The notes: generated by a model from the letters alone, not told the origin. A stretch of DNA of 64,000 nucleotides from an uncultured Methanosarcinales archaeon (GCA_964351975.1 CAYGPK010000007.1:3504-67503); one strand, 5' to 3'. Shown: positions 8,939-18,600, counted from the stretch's first letter. Numbers and translations are program-made.

Positions 8939-10582
8939 ATGACAAATACTTTATTCAAAATAGATAGGAAATCTATTCCCTCAAATCCCGGTGTTTATAT
9001 TTACAAAAATAAGAATAAAGAGATAATTTATATTGGTAAAGCAAAGAATCTTAAAAATAGAGTATCTTCCTATTTCTCACAAAAACACGAAAATTCACCA
9101 AAGACACAATTCTTAGTAAGAAACATTGCAGATGTTGAGTTTATAGTAACTAATAATGAAATTGAAGCACTTTTATTAGAGAACAAACTTATTAAAAAAA
9201 ATAAACCTAAATACAATATTTTTCTAAAGGATTCTAAAACTTACGCCTATTTAAAAATAACAGAAGAAAATATCCCCAAATTAATTTCAACAAGAAAAGT
9301 AATTGATAATGGTGAATACTTTGGACCATTTCCAGATGCGCAGGCAAGAGTACAATTACAAGACTTAACAGTTAGAATATTTAAACTTGTAACAAGTAAA
9401 ACCTACTCAACAAAATCAAAGTTAAATTATGAAATAGGACTTGCTCCTGCGAAAAGTTTAGATGAAATAGACAAAGAAGAATATTTGAAAAATATTGAAG
9501 AAGCAAAGCTTTTCTTAAGAGGAAAAAACATTAATAAAATTATAAAAAAATTAACAGATGAGATGAATGATTTTAAAGAAAGCCAAAAATACGAACTTGC
9601 AATTGAGAAAAGAAAGCAAATAGATGCAATTAATTATCTAAACGAAAAACAAAATGTTGATTTAATTAAAGACTTTGATCAAGATGTTATTGCGCAAATG
9701 TCAAATATTAAAGATAATAAATCAGTCTTTATTCTATTAAAAGTTTCAAAAGGTGTAATCTCAGATAAAAGAGAATTTAAATTCGAATATGATGAAGGTC
9801 TATTTGAAGAATTTATCAAAATGTACTATTCTCAGAATTATGTTCCAAGAGAAATTATTGTTAGTGATTCTTTTTGGAAAAATGACGAAGAAAAAGAAGT
9901 TTTTGAAAAGTATTTAACAAATCAAAGGGGAAGCAAAGTTATTTTAACAAATCCAAAAATTGGGGATAAAGTGTCATTAATAAATTTAGCAAAGGAAAAT
10001 GCAAAATTAAGTTTAGTTTCACAAAACAATATTTTAAAGATTATAAAAGAGAAATTAAAACTCCCAGTTATTCCAAATACAATTGAATGTTTTGATATCT
10101 CTAATTTAGGCAGTGAACATATAGTTGCTGGTATGACAAGATGGGTTAATGAAAAGCCTGACAAAGACAATTATAGAAAATATCAAATTAAATCTTTTAA
10201 AGGATACAACGATGATTTCAAAGCAATGCGTGAAGTAGTCTATAGAAGATATAATGCAATTAAAGAAAAACGAGAGGTGAATGGTGTGTTTCCAGATTTA
10301 ATTATAATTGATGGTGGAAAAGGGCAGTTAAGCAGTGCGTGCGAGTCCTTGAAAAAATTAGGACTTGAGATTGCGATAATTTCTATTGCAAAAGGAAGTA
10401 AAAGAGATAAAAATGAAATTTATTTCCCAAATGAAACTGAACCAGTAATTTTTGATGATAACTCTAAAATGATGTTATTTCTAAGACAAGTAAGAGACAG
10501 CGTTCATAATTATGTAATTTCTTACAATAGAAAGAAGCGACAGATGCAATTCCAAAAAGAAATTACGACCAAGAATTCTTAA
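8939..10582 (+). CDS. uvrC: Excinuclease ABC subunit C (UvrC), short form lacking the C-terminal (HhH)2 domain
   Basis: GIY-YIG N-terminus (PGVYIYKNKNKEIIYIGKAKNLKNRVSSYF), a UvrB-interaction-like region, and an endonuclease domain ending in RQVRDSVHNYVISYNRKKR. The protein stops about 60 aa short of typical UvrC. Confidence 0.9.
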   Translation: MTNTLFKIDRKSIPSNPGVYIYKNKNKEIIYIGKAKNLKNRVSSYFSQKHENSPKTQFLVRNIADVEFIVTNNEIEALLLENKLIKKNKPKYNIFLKDSKTYAYLKITEENIPKLISTRKVIDNGEYFGPFPDAQARVQLQDLTVRIFKLVTSKTYSTKSKLNYEIGLAPAKSLDEIDKEEYLKNIEEAKLFLRGKNINKIIKKLTDEMNDFKESQKYELAIEKRKQIDAINYLNEKQNVDLIKDFDQDVIAQMSNIKDNKSVFILLKVSKGVISDKREFKFEYDEGLFEEFIKMYYSQNYVPREIIVSDSFWKNDEEKEVFEKYLTNQRGSKVILTNPKIGDKVSLINLAKENAKLSLVSQNNILKIIKEKLKLPVIPNTIECFDISNLGSEHIVAGMTRWVNEKPDKDNYRKYQIKSFKGYNDDFKAMREVVYRRYNAIKEKREVNGVFPDLIIIDGGKGQLSSACESLKKLGLEIAIISIAKGSKRDKNEIYFPNETEPVIFDDNSKMMLFLRQVRDSVHNYVISYNRKKRQMQFQKEITTKNS

Positions 10583-10584
10583 AG

Positions 10585-10668
10585 TATTTAAAAGAAAGAA
10601 TTGTTGAGTATGTAATTAGTTATAATAGAAAAAAGAGAGATATGAAGCTAAAAGAACAGATGAAATAA
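10585..10668 (+). pseudogene. Relic second copy of the uvrC 3' end (27 codons plus stop, out of frame with uvrC)
   Basis: Reads YLKERIVEYVISYNRKKRDMKLKEQMK*, paralleling uvrC residues VRDSVHNYVISYNRKKRQMQFQKE. It has no start codon and begins 3 nt after the uvrC stop. Confidence 0.6.
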
Positions 10669-10719
10669 TCTAATTTTATATTTAACAAACTTTATATTCT
10701 AAAGTTAATCACTTATATT

Positions 10720-11481
10720 ATGAAAACATCACAAATTAAATTAGATCAACATTTTATGAACAATGATTTAGTATTAGGTAAAATAGTTGCAGCAGCAAAA
10801 ATTACTACAAAGGACTTTATTTTTGAAATTGGGCCAGGTAATGGTAGTCTTACTAAAAAACTTCTTGAGCGAAATTTTAAAGAACTATTAAGTGTTGAAT
10901 TTGATGAAACTCTAAAGCCTGAATTAGAGAAAATTAAAGATAAGAAGTTTAAATTAATAATTAATGATGGACTTGTTCAAATTGACAAATACAAATTTAC
11001 AAAATTAATTGCAAATATTCCATATTCCATAACTGAACCATTGTACACAAAGATTCTTGACAAAACTTTAGAATTTGTAGTAATGCTTCATGGAATTGAT
11101 TTTTATAAAAATATAGTAGAGAGAGAAACTAAGTGGAAATATTTTGTAAATTCCTTTTACAATGTAATTCTAATTGATGAAGTTTCAGGAGACTTATTTG
11201 AACCACCAACCAAAGTTAAATCAGCTATTGTAAGACTTCAGTTGAGAACTGACAAATTATCAAAGAAAGAAGAATTCTTTCAAAGACTTTGGGAGAGAAG
11301 ATCAAGACTTAGTAAAAATGCTTTAACATTTAGTTTACTAGAAGCTTATAAAATGCTTAAAAAAGATGCTAAATTAAAAGTTGAGAAATTAGATTTGGAT
11401 AGAAAAATTGTTAGTAAAAAGATTGAAAATTTATCTAATGATGAATTTTTAGAAATAATTGAAAAGTTGAATTTAAAATAA
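10720..11481 (+). CDS. rsmA: 16S/18S rRNA adenine dimethyltransferase (KsgA/RsmA/Dim1)
   Basis: LDQHFM, SAM-binding EIGPGNGSLT, catalytic IANIPYSIT. Confidence 0.85.
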   Translation: MKTSQIKLDQHFMNNDLVLGKIVAAAKITTKDFIFEIGPGNGSLTKKLLERNFKELLSVEFDETLKPELEKIKDKKFKLIINDGLVQIDKYKFTKLIANIPYSITEPLYTKILDKTLEFVVMLHGIDFYKNIVERETKWKYFVNSFYNVILIDEVSGDLFEPPTKVKSAIVRLQLRTDKLSKKEEFFQRLWERRSRLSKNALTFSLLEAYKMLKKDAKLKVEKLDLDRKIVSKKIENLSNDEFLEIIEKLNLK

Positions 11482-11494
11482 TTTTATTTGGTTA

Positions 11495-12469
11495 TTAAGC
11501 AGCTCTAAGTAATAAAGATTCTAATTTTTCAATTCCATTATCATTAGCTGCTTTTTCTAATTCCTTCCATCTTAAACCATTACTTTCTTTTAGAACTTTT
11601 TCAAATCTAGTAATTGATTTTTTAGCTCTTAAATCAACTTTTCCATCTTTATCTAATAAAGCAGAAGCAATTGCTTGAATTCCATTTTCTCTAATATATC
11701 TTTCTCCAAATTCTTGTGGATTTTTTGCATATGCCAAGTTTCTTTCTAAGTGCTCTCTAGGTGAGTGGGCATTATGAAAATCTTTATCAATTTTAACGTA
11801 GGAACCTACAGGAACACCTGTTAAACCATTAATCAAATCTGGTCCACCTTCACATCTATCGACAATTGCTTGAACAAAAACTACATTTCCTCCAAAATTT
11901 TCAATTGATCTTATCCATCCCAATTTCACTCCATTTGGTAAATCTTCTGCAACACTACTTCCTTCAGTTATTAAATCTGGGCTTAAAATAACATTATAAC
12001 CCTCAATTTTAGGATTTTGAATTATTTCACCAGATTTATTTGTTAATTGAATTCCACCTAGTTCTTCTCCTTCAGGTTTGTAAATTCCAATATGTGGTAA
12101 ACCCAAATAATGAGCAATTGGAAATGAAAAAGGAATATCTCTTTTAAGTCCACCCCCAAATGCTAAATTAGTTCCATAATTTCTTAAAACTCTATAATGG
12201 GAATCAACGATTATATCAAAAAACTTTTTTAAATCTGAATCAGATTCAATTATTTCTAAAGCTGCAAGTCCCATAGCATTAGGATCATTACCATTTTCTT
12301 TAATAAAATCTGTATTTCCAAATACTTTTTCAGTATTATTATAGTAAACACCTATTAATCCTGATGCTAAGACTTTAGCAGGTTCATCTAATTCAAAACT
12401 TCTAAAAGTTCCTCTACTAACTAAAAGTTCTTGCATAAATTTTTTATCTGCTTCATTAATATGTGCCAT
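11495..12469 (-). CDS. Phosphoribosyltransferase, orotate-PRTase-like (long form)
   Basis: PRPP-binding-loop-like VILSPDLITEGSS. Lies directly downstream of a pyrF-like gene. I place the start at MAHINE (12469), 1 nt after the pyrF stop, not at the track's 12511. Confidence 0.55.
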   Translation of the reverse strand: MAHINEADKKFMQELLVSRGTFRSFELDEPAKVLASGLIGVYYNNTEKVFGNTDFIKENGNDPNAMGLAALEIIESDSDLKKFFDIIVDSHYRVLRNYGTNLAFGGGLKRDIPFSFPIAHYLGLPHIGIYKPEGEELGGIQLTNKSGEIIQNPKIEGYNVILSPDLITEGSSVAEDLPNGVKLGWIRSIENFGGNVVFVQAIVDRCEGGPDLINGLTGVPVGSYVKIDKDFHNAHSPREHLERNLAYAKNPQEFGERYIRENGIQAIASALLDKDGKVDLRAKKSITRFEKVLKESNGLRWKELEKAANDNGIEKLESLLLRAA

Positions 12470-12470
12470 T

Positions 12471-13337
12471 TTATCTACTCCTATTCGCATTAAGCATTGC
12501 ATTAAATTCAACTAGTTTTTTCTCAGGAGTTAAATCTCCATCTTTAAGAAAATCACTTCCTCCATTAATCATACATCTATTTAAATCAATTCCCGATTCT
12601 AAAAAAAATTCTAAGTTTCCACCTTGTCTTCCAAAACCTGGTACAAGAGCAACTAAATGTGGAAATTCAACCATTTTTTGAACAACGTACTTAAATAATT
12701 GATTTCTTTCATCTAAAGCTAAAAATAATTCATCATCACTCATTTCAGATTCTAAAATAGGTCTATCTGATTTTAGATTTCTATATTTTTTAATCTCATT
12801 TTGAAAATTTTCACCTGAATTTGGAACATATGCCGTTGCTCCAAGAACAAATCCACTAGTTCCAGATTCTATTGCCCTGTCAATTCTTTTTTTAAATAAT
12901 TTATAACCATCTTCAATTTCTCTCAAAACTCCAGGAAAACTCATAACTCCCATAGATATAGTTTCCAAACCTAAATTAGTTGCCATATCAATAGTATCTT
13001 CAATACATCCAGCAGCAGGAGCAATAGTTACATATTCAAATTGATCTTTAAATGACTTAAAAGCTGCAGTATTTGTTGAAGCACCATCTGGTGATTTTAA
13101 ATCCAAAAGTCTAATCATCTCTGGCCCAATGTTTCTAGAAATTTTACTTAAGTAATCCCTATAACCTGGTTCTTGATAAAAACTTAAATTTGGTTTAAAT
13201 CCAATAAGTCCTTTTTTAATTTTTGAAAGATGAACACACTTTAAAGCTTCAGCATTATTTTTAGGATCAAGTCCCATCATTACAATCGAATTCTTTTCTT
13301 CTCTTAGATTTGTAAATTGTTCATTTAGTTTACTCAT
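12471..13337 (-). CDS. pyrF: Orotidine 5'-phosphate decarboxylase, type 2-like
   Basis: MMGLDP, catalytic DxKxxD (LLDLKSPDGASTN), VTIAPAAG, VPGFGRQGG. Confidence 0.65.
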   Translation of the reverse strand: MSKLNEQFTNLREEKNSIVMMGLDPKNNAEALKCVHLSKIKKGLIGFKPNLSFYQEPGYRDYLSKISRNIGPEMIRLLDLKSPDGASTNTAAFKSFKDQFEYVTIAPAAGCIEDTIDMATNLGLETISMGVMSFPGVLREIEDGYKLFKKRIDRAIESGTSGFVLGATAYVPNSGENFQNEIKKYRNLKSDRPILESEMSDDELFLALDERNQLFKYVVQKMVEFPHLVALVPGFGRQGGNLEFFLESGIDLNRCMINGGSDFLKDGDLTPEKKLVEFNAMLNANRSR

Positions 13338-13555
13338 TTTTTATATTCAATACTTAGAAATAAAAAAACTAGTATATAAATCTTTCGAAGTTCACTACTT
13401 TAAAATTAAGAACTTTAATTCCCTAAATTAAATACTATGTTTAGAACACTAAATAATATCACAAATTAAGAATAACAATAAGATTTTGAATTTTATTAAA
13501 AGTATGAGTAATTAATCCCTTATCACGATTCGCTCATCTCTATTAGAGTCCTTAT

Positions 13556-13912
13556 TTATAGGTCTCTTGCACCAACAGTTTTTCTACCGTTAGCTTCAGC
13601 TCTAGCACATGCTTGAGAAACCATCCAAACTAGCATTTCATTTAAAGCTTCAGCGAAGTCACCGGAAACATTGTGTCCAGCTCCAACTACATCTTTAACT
13701 TTAGATTTAACAACTAGCATAGACTTTGCTGACATTTTACCAACAAAAACATCTTTTGCTTGAACTGTTTTTCTACTATTTGCAGAAGCTCTTTTAGCAG
13801 CTGCTTTAACAAATTCTACAGCAACTCCGTTTAATGCGTCAGCGAAATCTCCCGCTACGTTACATCCACCGGAAACTTCTTTAACTTTTGATTTTACTAC
13901 GATCATTTCCAT
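13556..13912 (-). CDS. Doublet histone-fold protein (two tandem DUF1931-like / alpha3-type histone folds)
   Basis: Internal duplication: VVKSKVKEVSGGCNVAGDFADALNGVAVEFVKAAAKRASANSRKTVQAKDV versus VVKSKVKDVVGAGHNVSGDFAEALNEMLVWMVSQACARAEANGRKTVGARDL. The A..GRKTV..D ending is typical of prokaryotic histone folds. The gene is visibly more GC-rich than its neighbours. Confidence 0.6.
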   Translation of the reverse strand: MEMIVVKSKVKEVSGGCNVAGDFADALNGVAVEFVKAAAKRASANSRKTVQAKDVFVGKMSAKSMLVVKSKVKDVVGAGHNVSGDFAEALNEMLVWMVSQACARAEANGRKTVGARDL

Positions 13913-14117
13913 TTTTTATTAAATTCTAAGGTTTAACACCTTGTAAATAGAATTTAGAAGTACAGAGTTTATAAACTTTTCGAGTAACTTATATGTAAAA
14001 CAGCCTAAAATGACTATATTAAGCCATTTTAAGAGTAAAAATAAACTTTTTATTTAGAAATAAGAACTATTATTTGAAAAAACTTTATAAAGAAATTAAA
14101 TATATTATATATATAAA

Positions 14118-14291
14118 ATGAAAAAAGTAAAAGTAATAGATTTGTTTAATGTTAAATACGATGAAATGGAAGGAAAGATTAATTCAGTTTTAGAAACTCT
14201 TCAAAGCGAAGGTAAAGAAGTAGTTGAAACAAAGATTATTGGAGATTCATTAAACAAATGTGCAGTTTTTGTTGTATATAATGAAAACTAA
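14118..14291 (+). CDS. Small protein (57 aa), possibly Cse60-like; below the ORF-track cutoff
   Basis: Hand translation: MKKVKVIDLFNVKYDEMEGKINSVLETLQSEGKEVVETKIIGDSLNKCAVFVVYNEN. TATA-like ATATATATAAA sits just upstream. The family assignment is a weak recollection. Confidence 0.4.
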   Translation: MKKVKVIDLFNVKYDEMEGKINSVLETLQSEGKEVVETKIIGDSLNKCAVFVVYNEN

Positions 14292-14323
14292 CATTTAAAA
14301 AAAGATTTTCAATTAATAATTTT

Positions 14324-14845
14324 ATGGCAAAAAGTAAATATAAAAAAAGTTCTTTTGAAATAGTAAAGAAAAATTGGATTTCAATTTCAATAATTGCAGT
14401 TTTAATAATTTTAGGATTATCAGTTTTCTTAACAGCTGAAAAAGAAAGTAATGAAATTCTATTGTATGGTGATGATGTAATTGTAATGAGTTATTTTCAC
14501 TGGACTAAATGTCCACATTGTATTAAACAAAATGCATTTAACGATAGGGTAATTAAAGAACAATATCCAAATGTTAAAATTAATGAATATGAAATAACAA
14601 ATCCTGCAACTAATGCAAAGTATCAAGAAATGGCTAAAAACTATGAAGGCTTAGATCCTAATAATTTTCCTGGAACACCTCTTACAATTATTGGAGAAGA
14701 ATACAATATTGGTTATGGTGATGATGATACAACTGGACCTATTATAATTGAAATGATTGAAAAAGAGCAAGCAAAAATTGATGCAAATTGGGATGATGCA
14801 ACAATGAAAAAAACAGCCCAAGTAAGAGCAGCAGCTAATAACTAG
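14324..14845 (+). CDS. Membrane-anchored thioredoxin-fold protein (CPHC active site)
   Basis: N-terminal TM anchor, then WTKCPHCIKQ (CxxC) in a thioredoxin/DsbA-like context. Confidence 0.7.
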   Translation: MAKSKYKKSSFEIVKKNWISISIIAVLIILGLSVFLTAEKESNEILLYGDDVIVMSYFHWTKCPHCIKQNAFNDRVIKEQYPNVKINEYEITNPATNAKYQEMAKNYEGLDPNNFPGTPLTIIGEEYNIGYGDDDTTGPIIIEMIEKEQAKIDANWDDATMKKTAQVRAAANN

Positions 14846-14860
14846 TTTTATTATATATAA

Positions 14861-15463
14861 ATGGTTAAAAAGAAGAAGCAGAATAATAAAGTAAAGTTTC
14901 TCTCTTTAATCATAACAATTTTAATTGTGATAATTTTATTTTTTGGTTATAATTATTTCTTCTCAAATAAAGAATACCATGTTCACGCAGATTTTAAAGT
15001 TTACTTAGATAAAAATCCCATTAATTTCTCACAAAGTAAGTATCAATCAACTTCAACTAAGATAAATCACGATTTTGTTCATCTGCACGATGATAATGGA
15101 GATGTAATTCATTATCACGCAAAGAATATTTCACTATCTGAATTCTTTAATTCATTAAATATGAACTTTACAAATAATTGTTTTATAGATGATTTAAATA
15201 ATTCTTATTGTAATAATGAAGATTCCAAATTAAGGACTTTTGTAAATGGAATTGAAATTCAAAATGCACCTGATTACGTTGCAAACGATTTAGATAGAAT
15301 TCTAATTGTTTATTCAAATAGAACTGATTTTGAAGATTTAATAAACAATGTAACCGATGAAGCTTGTATTCAATCTGCTAAATGCCCAGAGAGAGGAGAG
15401 CCTTCAGAAGGAAGTTGTATAACAGGTAAAGTTTGTGCAATTGATTTAAATGATTTTAGTTAA
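14861..15463 (+). CDS. Membrane-anchored His/Cys-rich extracytoplasmic protein of unknown function
   Basis: TM anchor, then HVHADFKVYLD...HLHDDNGDVIHYHAK...FVNG..., plus C-terminal cysteines. It sits between two thiol-redox genes. Confidence 0.55.
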   Translation: MVKKKKQNNKVKFLSLIITILIVIILFFGYNYFFSNKEYHVHADFKVYLDKNPINFSQSKYQSTSTKINHDFVHLHDDNGDVIHYHAKNISLSEFFNSLNMNFTNNCFIDDLNNSYCNNEDSKLRTFVNGIEIQNAPDYVANDLDRILIVYSNRTDFEDLINNVTDEACIQSAKCPERGEPSEGSCITGKVCAIDLNDFS

Positions 15464-15477
15464 AAATAAAAATAAAA

Positions 15478-16338
15478 ATGAAGAAAAATAAAATCTCCGA
15501 AATTAATATATCAAACAAACAAAAAATAACCTTTTCTATTCTTACATTTTCAATTATTTTATTAATAATTTTATCTTATATTTATTCAGGTAAATTAGAG
15601 AGTTATTTGTTAAATTCAGAAATATCAAAAACTTCTTCATTATTCATAGTATCATTGTTAATTGGACTTTTAGATGGATTTAACCCTTGTGCTATGTGGA
15701 TATTGATTTACTTAATAACTTTAGTTTCAACTCTTCAAGATAAAAAAAAGATGTGGCTTATAGTTGGAACATTTTTAATGGCATCTGGAATCTTATATTA
15801 TATAATTTTAGCATTATGGTTAAATGGATGGAATGCAATAAACTATGTAATTAGTGCAGATTATATTCTAACCGGTGCAGGAATATTTGCACTTGTATCA
15901 GGAATTTATTTCATATATGAATTTATCAAATCAGGTGGACAGTTAGAGTGTAAAGTTGCAGATTCAACATCAAGAAAAAAAACAATGAGTAAAATAAAAG
16001 ATATAGTTCACTCACCATTTACACTTCCAACATTTTTAGCACTTGTAGCTCTTGCATTTGCAATTAATCTTTTAGAATTTGTATGCTCTGTTGCACTTCC
16101 GGCATTGTTTACGCAAGTATTATCAGTTTCAAGTATTAGTTTAATTTCAAAATATTTCTATATGTTTGTATATACTCTAGCTTTTATGGCAGATGATATA
16201 TTAATTTTTGTATTAGCACTTAAAGCAATTGAATCACCAATAATGGCAAAATACAGTGGCTTTGCAAAAATAGCTGGTGGAATTTTAATGCTAATACTTG
16301 GAATAATAATATTATTTTTTCCTAGTGTCTTAATTTAG
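15478..16338 (+). CDS. Polytopic membrane protein with an NPC motif in a TM segment (DsbD/CcdA-like electron-transfer candidate)
   Basis: Multiple TM segments. GLLDGFNPCAMWILIYL, and a second Cys (EFVCSVALPALF) in a later TM helix. Confidence 0.5.
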   Translation: MKKNKISEINISNKQKITFSILTFSIILLIILSYIYSGKLESYLLNSEISKTSSLFIVSLLIGLLDGFNPCAMWILIYLITLVSTLQDKKKMWLIVGTFLMASGILYYIILALWLNGWNAINYVISADYILTGAGIFALVSGIYFIYEFIKSGGQLECKVADSTSRKKTMSKIKDIVHSPFTLPTFLALVALAFAINLLEFVCSVALPALFTQVLSVSSISLISKYFYMFVYTLAFMADDILIFVLALKAIESPIMAKYSGFAKIAGGILMLILGIIILFFPSVLI

Positions 16339-16619
16339 TGTATTCTATTTTTACTTTTAATTTGTCAACAAAAAGATTATATATCACAATATTAGATAAT
16401 ATCATCGTGTTGAAACAACTAGAATCAAGACTTGAATATCCACAAGTACCACCACCATTTGAATTTAAACCTGAACCAAAAAAAAATTTAGTTCACCCAA
16501 TTTTAATTTTGACTTTTAGATATGGAACAGATTATAAGGTCCAAATACCTTTACCTACTTTGTTAGGAGAAATTTTCGAATTAGAGACTGATCCTAATTT
16601 TTATTTAGATAATCATTAA
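16338..16619 (+). CDS. Hypothetical protein; start uncertain (likely internal, near 16408)
   Basis: The track ORF starts at a non-ATG codon overlapping the previous stop. A TATA-like GATTATATAT at about 16374 suggests a shorter product beginning near VLKQLESRLEYPQ. Confidence 0.3.
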   Translation: MYSIFTFNLSTKRLYITILDNIIVLKQLESRLEYPQVPPPFEFKPEPKKNLVHPILILTFRYGTDYKVQIPLPTLLGEIFELETDPNFYLDNH

Positions 16620-16629
16620 ATAACTCAAT

Positions 16630-16637
16630 TTTATAAA
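16630..16637 (+). promoter_or_regulatory. TATA box (TTTATAAA) for uvrB
   Basis: 28 nt upstream of the uvrB ATG at 16666. Confidence 0.5.
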
Positions 16638-16665
16638 ATATAACTTCTTAACTATAATATATAAT

Positions 16666-18600
16666 ATGAAATTCAAACTAGTATCTGATATGAACCCTGC
16701 GGGTGGACAACCTAACGCAATTAAACAATTAAGCGAAGGTTTTTCTAAATATCCTATGCAAACCTTGCTAGGTATTACAGGAAGTGGAAAGACATTTACA
16801 ATTGCAAATCTAATTCAAAACGTTCAAAAACCAACTCTAGTTTTAGCGCATAACAAAATTCTAGCAGCGCAGTTATATCAAGAATTTAAAGAACTCTTTC
16901 CTGAAAATCGTGTTGAATATTTTATTTCATACTATGATTATTATCAACCTGAAAGTTATGTTGCAACAACTGATACATACATTGAAAAAACAGCAACTGT
17001 TAACGAAGAGATTGAGAGATTAAGATTAAGAGCAATCTCATCAGTATTATCAAGAGATGACGTTATTATTGTAGCATCAATTTCTTGTATTTACGGTGCT
17101 GGAAACCCAAACGACTTCAAAGAATTATCGGTTGAGATTGCGAAAGGTGATAAAATCTCACGTAGTGAATTCATTACAAAACTTGTAAATATGCAATATG
17201 AGAGAAATAATCTTGATTTAATTAATGGAAGATTTAGAGTTCGCGGAGATGTAATTGATTTAATTCCTTCATACGATAAAAATATAATTCGTATTGAAAT
17301 GTTTGGAGATGAAATTGAGAAGATAACAGAGCTTGATCCAATAACAAATGAAAAAATAACAGATATAGACAAAATCAGAATTTACCCTGGAAAACAATTC
17401 GTAACAACAGATGAAAAAATTGATATTGCAATTGACCAAATTAAAAAAGAACTTGATGAGAGAATAAAAGAGCTTCCACTTCTAGAGGCCCAAAGACTAA
17501 AAAAAAGAACAAAATACGATTTAGAAATGATTGAAGAAATGGGATATTGTACAGGAATTGAAAACTACTCAAGACACTTTGATGGAAGAAAAGCAGGAGA
17601 AGCGCCATATTGTTTATTAGATTACTTTCCAAAAGGAGATTTTTTACTTGTTATTGATGAGTCCCATCAAACAATTCCACAATCTCACGCTATGTACAAA
17701 GGAGATTTTAGTCGTAAAACTTCACTTGTTGATTTTGGATTTAGATTACCAAGTGCACTTGATAATAGACCATTAAAATTTGAAGAATTTGAAAAATATT
17801 TTAATCATACAGTTTTTGTTAGTGCAACTCCTAGTGATTATGAAATAGGAAAGTCAGGACAATTAGTTGAGCAAATAATTAGGCCAACTGGACTTCTTGA
17901 TCCAATTATTGAAGTGAGACCTAGTGAAGGACAAGTTAAAGATCTCCTATCTCAAATCAGAAACGCAGTCTCAGATGGAGGTCGTGTTCTTGTAACAACT
18001 TTAACAAAAAGAATGGCTGAGGATTTAACTGACTATCTTTCAAAACAAGAAATTAATGTTAGATACATGCACTCAGATATTGAAAGTCTAGATAGAATTG
18101 AGTTAATACGTTCTTTAAGAGCAGGTGATTTTGATGTTCTAGTTGGAATTAATTTATTAAGAGAAGGTCTTGATATTCCTGAAGTTAGCTTAGTTACAAT
18201 ACTTGATGCTGACAAAGAGGGATTCTTAAGAAATGAAAAATCATTAATTCAAACAATAGGACGTGCAGCAAGAAATGAAAATGGGAAAGTTATAATGTAC
18301 GCTGATAAAACAACTTTATCTATGAAAATTGCAATTGAGAAAACAAAATACAGAAGAAACCAACAAATAAAATACAATAAAGAAAATAACATTATACCAA
18401 AGACAATTAATAAAAAAGTAGCTGATAAGAACAGAGAAATTAAAGGAATTAAACACATTGGAAAATCAGAGATAGACAAAACAATAATTAATATTGAAGC
18501 TGAAATGAAAAAAGCAGCCAACGACTTAGACTTCGAAAAAGCAATTGATTTGCGTGATACTCTTGAGGCACTTAAGAAGGAACAACAGTTTAATAACTAA
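16666..18600 (+). CDS. uvrB: Excinuclease ABC subunit B (UvrB)
   Basis: Canonical [12 protein letters not shown], Walker [23 protein letters not shown], helicase motifs, and the C-terminal UVR domain [20 protein letters not shown]. Confidence 0.95.
   Translation: MKFKLVSDMNPAGGQPNAIKQLSEGFSKYPMQTLLGITGSGKTFTIANLIQNVQKPTLVLAHNKILAAQLYQEFKELFPENRVEYFISYYDYYQPESYVATTDTYIEKTATVNEEIERLRLRAISSVLSRDDVIIVASISCIYGAGNPNDFKELSVEIAKGDKISRSEFITKLVNMQYERNNLDLINGRFRVRGDVIDLIPSYDKNIIRIEMFGDEIEKITELDPITNEKITDIDKIRIYPGKQFVTTDEKIDIAIDQIKKELDERIKELPLLEAQRLKKRTKYDLEMIEEMGYCTGIENYSRHFDGRKAGEAPYCLLDYFPKGDFLLVIDESHQTIPQSHAMYKGDFSRKTSLVDFGFRLPSALDNRPLKFEEFEKYFNHTVFVSATPSDYEIGKSGQLVEQIIRPTGLLDPIIEVRPSEGQVKDLLSQIRNAVSDGGRVLVTTLTKRMAEDLTDYLSKQEINVRYMHSDIESLDRIELIRSLRAGDFDVLVGINLLREGLDIPEVSLVTILDADKEGFLRNEKSLIQTIGRAARNENGKVIMYADKTTLSMKIAIEKTKYRRNQQIKYNKENNIIPKTINKKVADKNREIKGIKHIGKSEIDKTIINIEAEMKKAANDLDFEKAIDLRDTLEALKKEQQFNN
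18512..18542 (+). repeat. 31-nt direct repeat, copy 1 (inside uvrB)
   Basis: AAGCAGCCAACGACTTAGACTTCGAAAAAGC is identical to 18773-18803. Confidence 0.9.

Noticed and set aside
6546-10170. Overlapping ORFs inside purM (6546-6749), purA (7801-8037) and uvrC (9922-10170)
   Set aside because: The first two are alternative frames on the same strand as well-supported genes, and the third is antisense to uvrC. All three have low-complexity translations.
10540-10668. Programmed frameshift near CAAAAAG extending UvrC into the downstream relic frame
   Set aside because: There is no canonical slippery heptamer, and the product would repeat the YVISYNRKKR block twice. Relic DNA is the more economical explanation.
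12463-12681. Plus-strand 72-aa ORF, and the extended 12511 start of the PRTase-like gene
   Set aside because: The plus-strand ORF is antisense to pyrF. The extended start would overlap the pyrF 3' end by 41 nt, whereas the ATG at 12469 sits 1 nt after the pyrF stop.
17091-18521. Four antisense ORFs inside uvrB (17091-17372, 17441-17632, 18033-18215, 18249-18521)
   Set aside because: They lie opposite a strongly supported conserved gene. Their hydrophobic, low-complexity translations are typical of antisense frames in AT-rich DNA.
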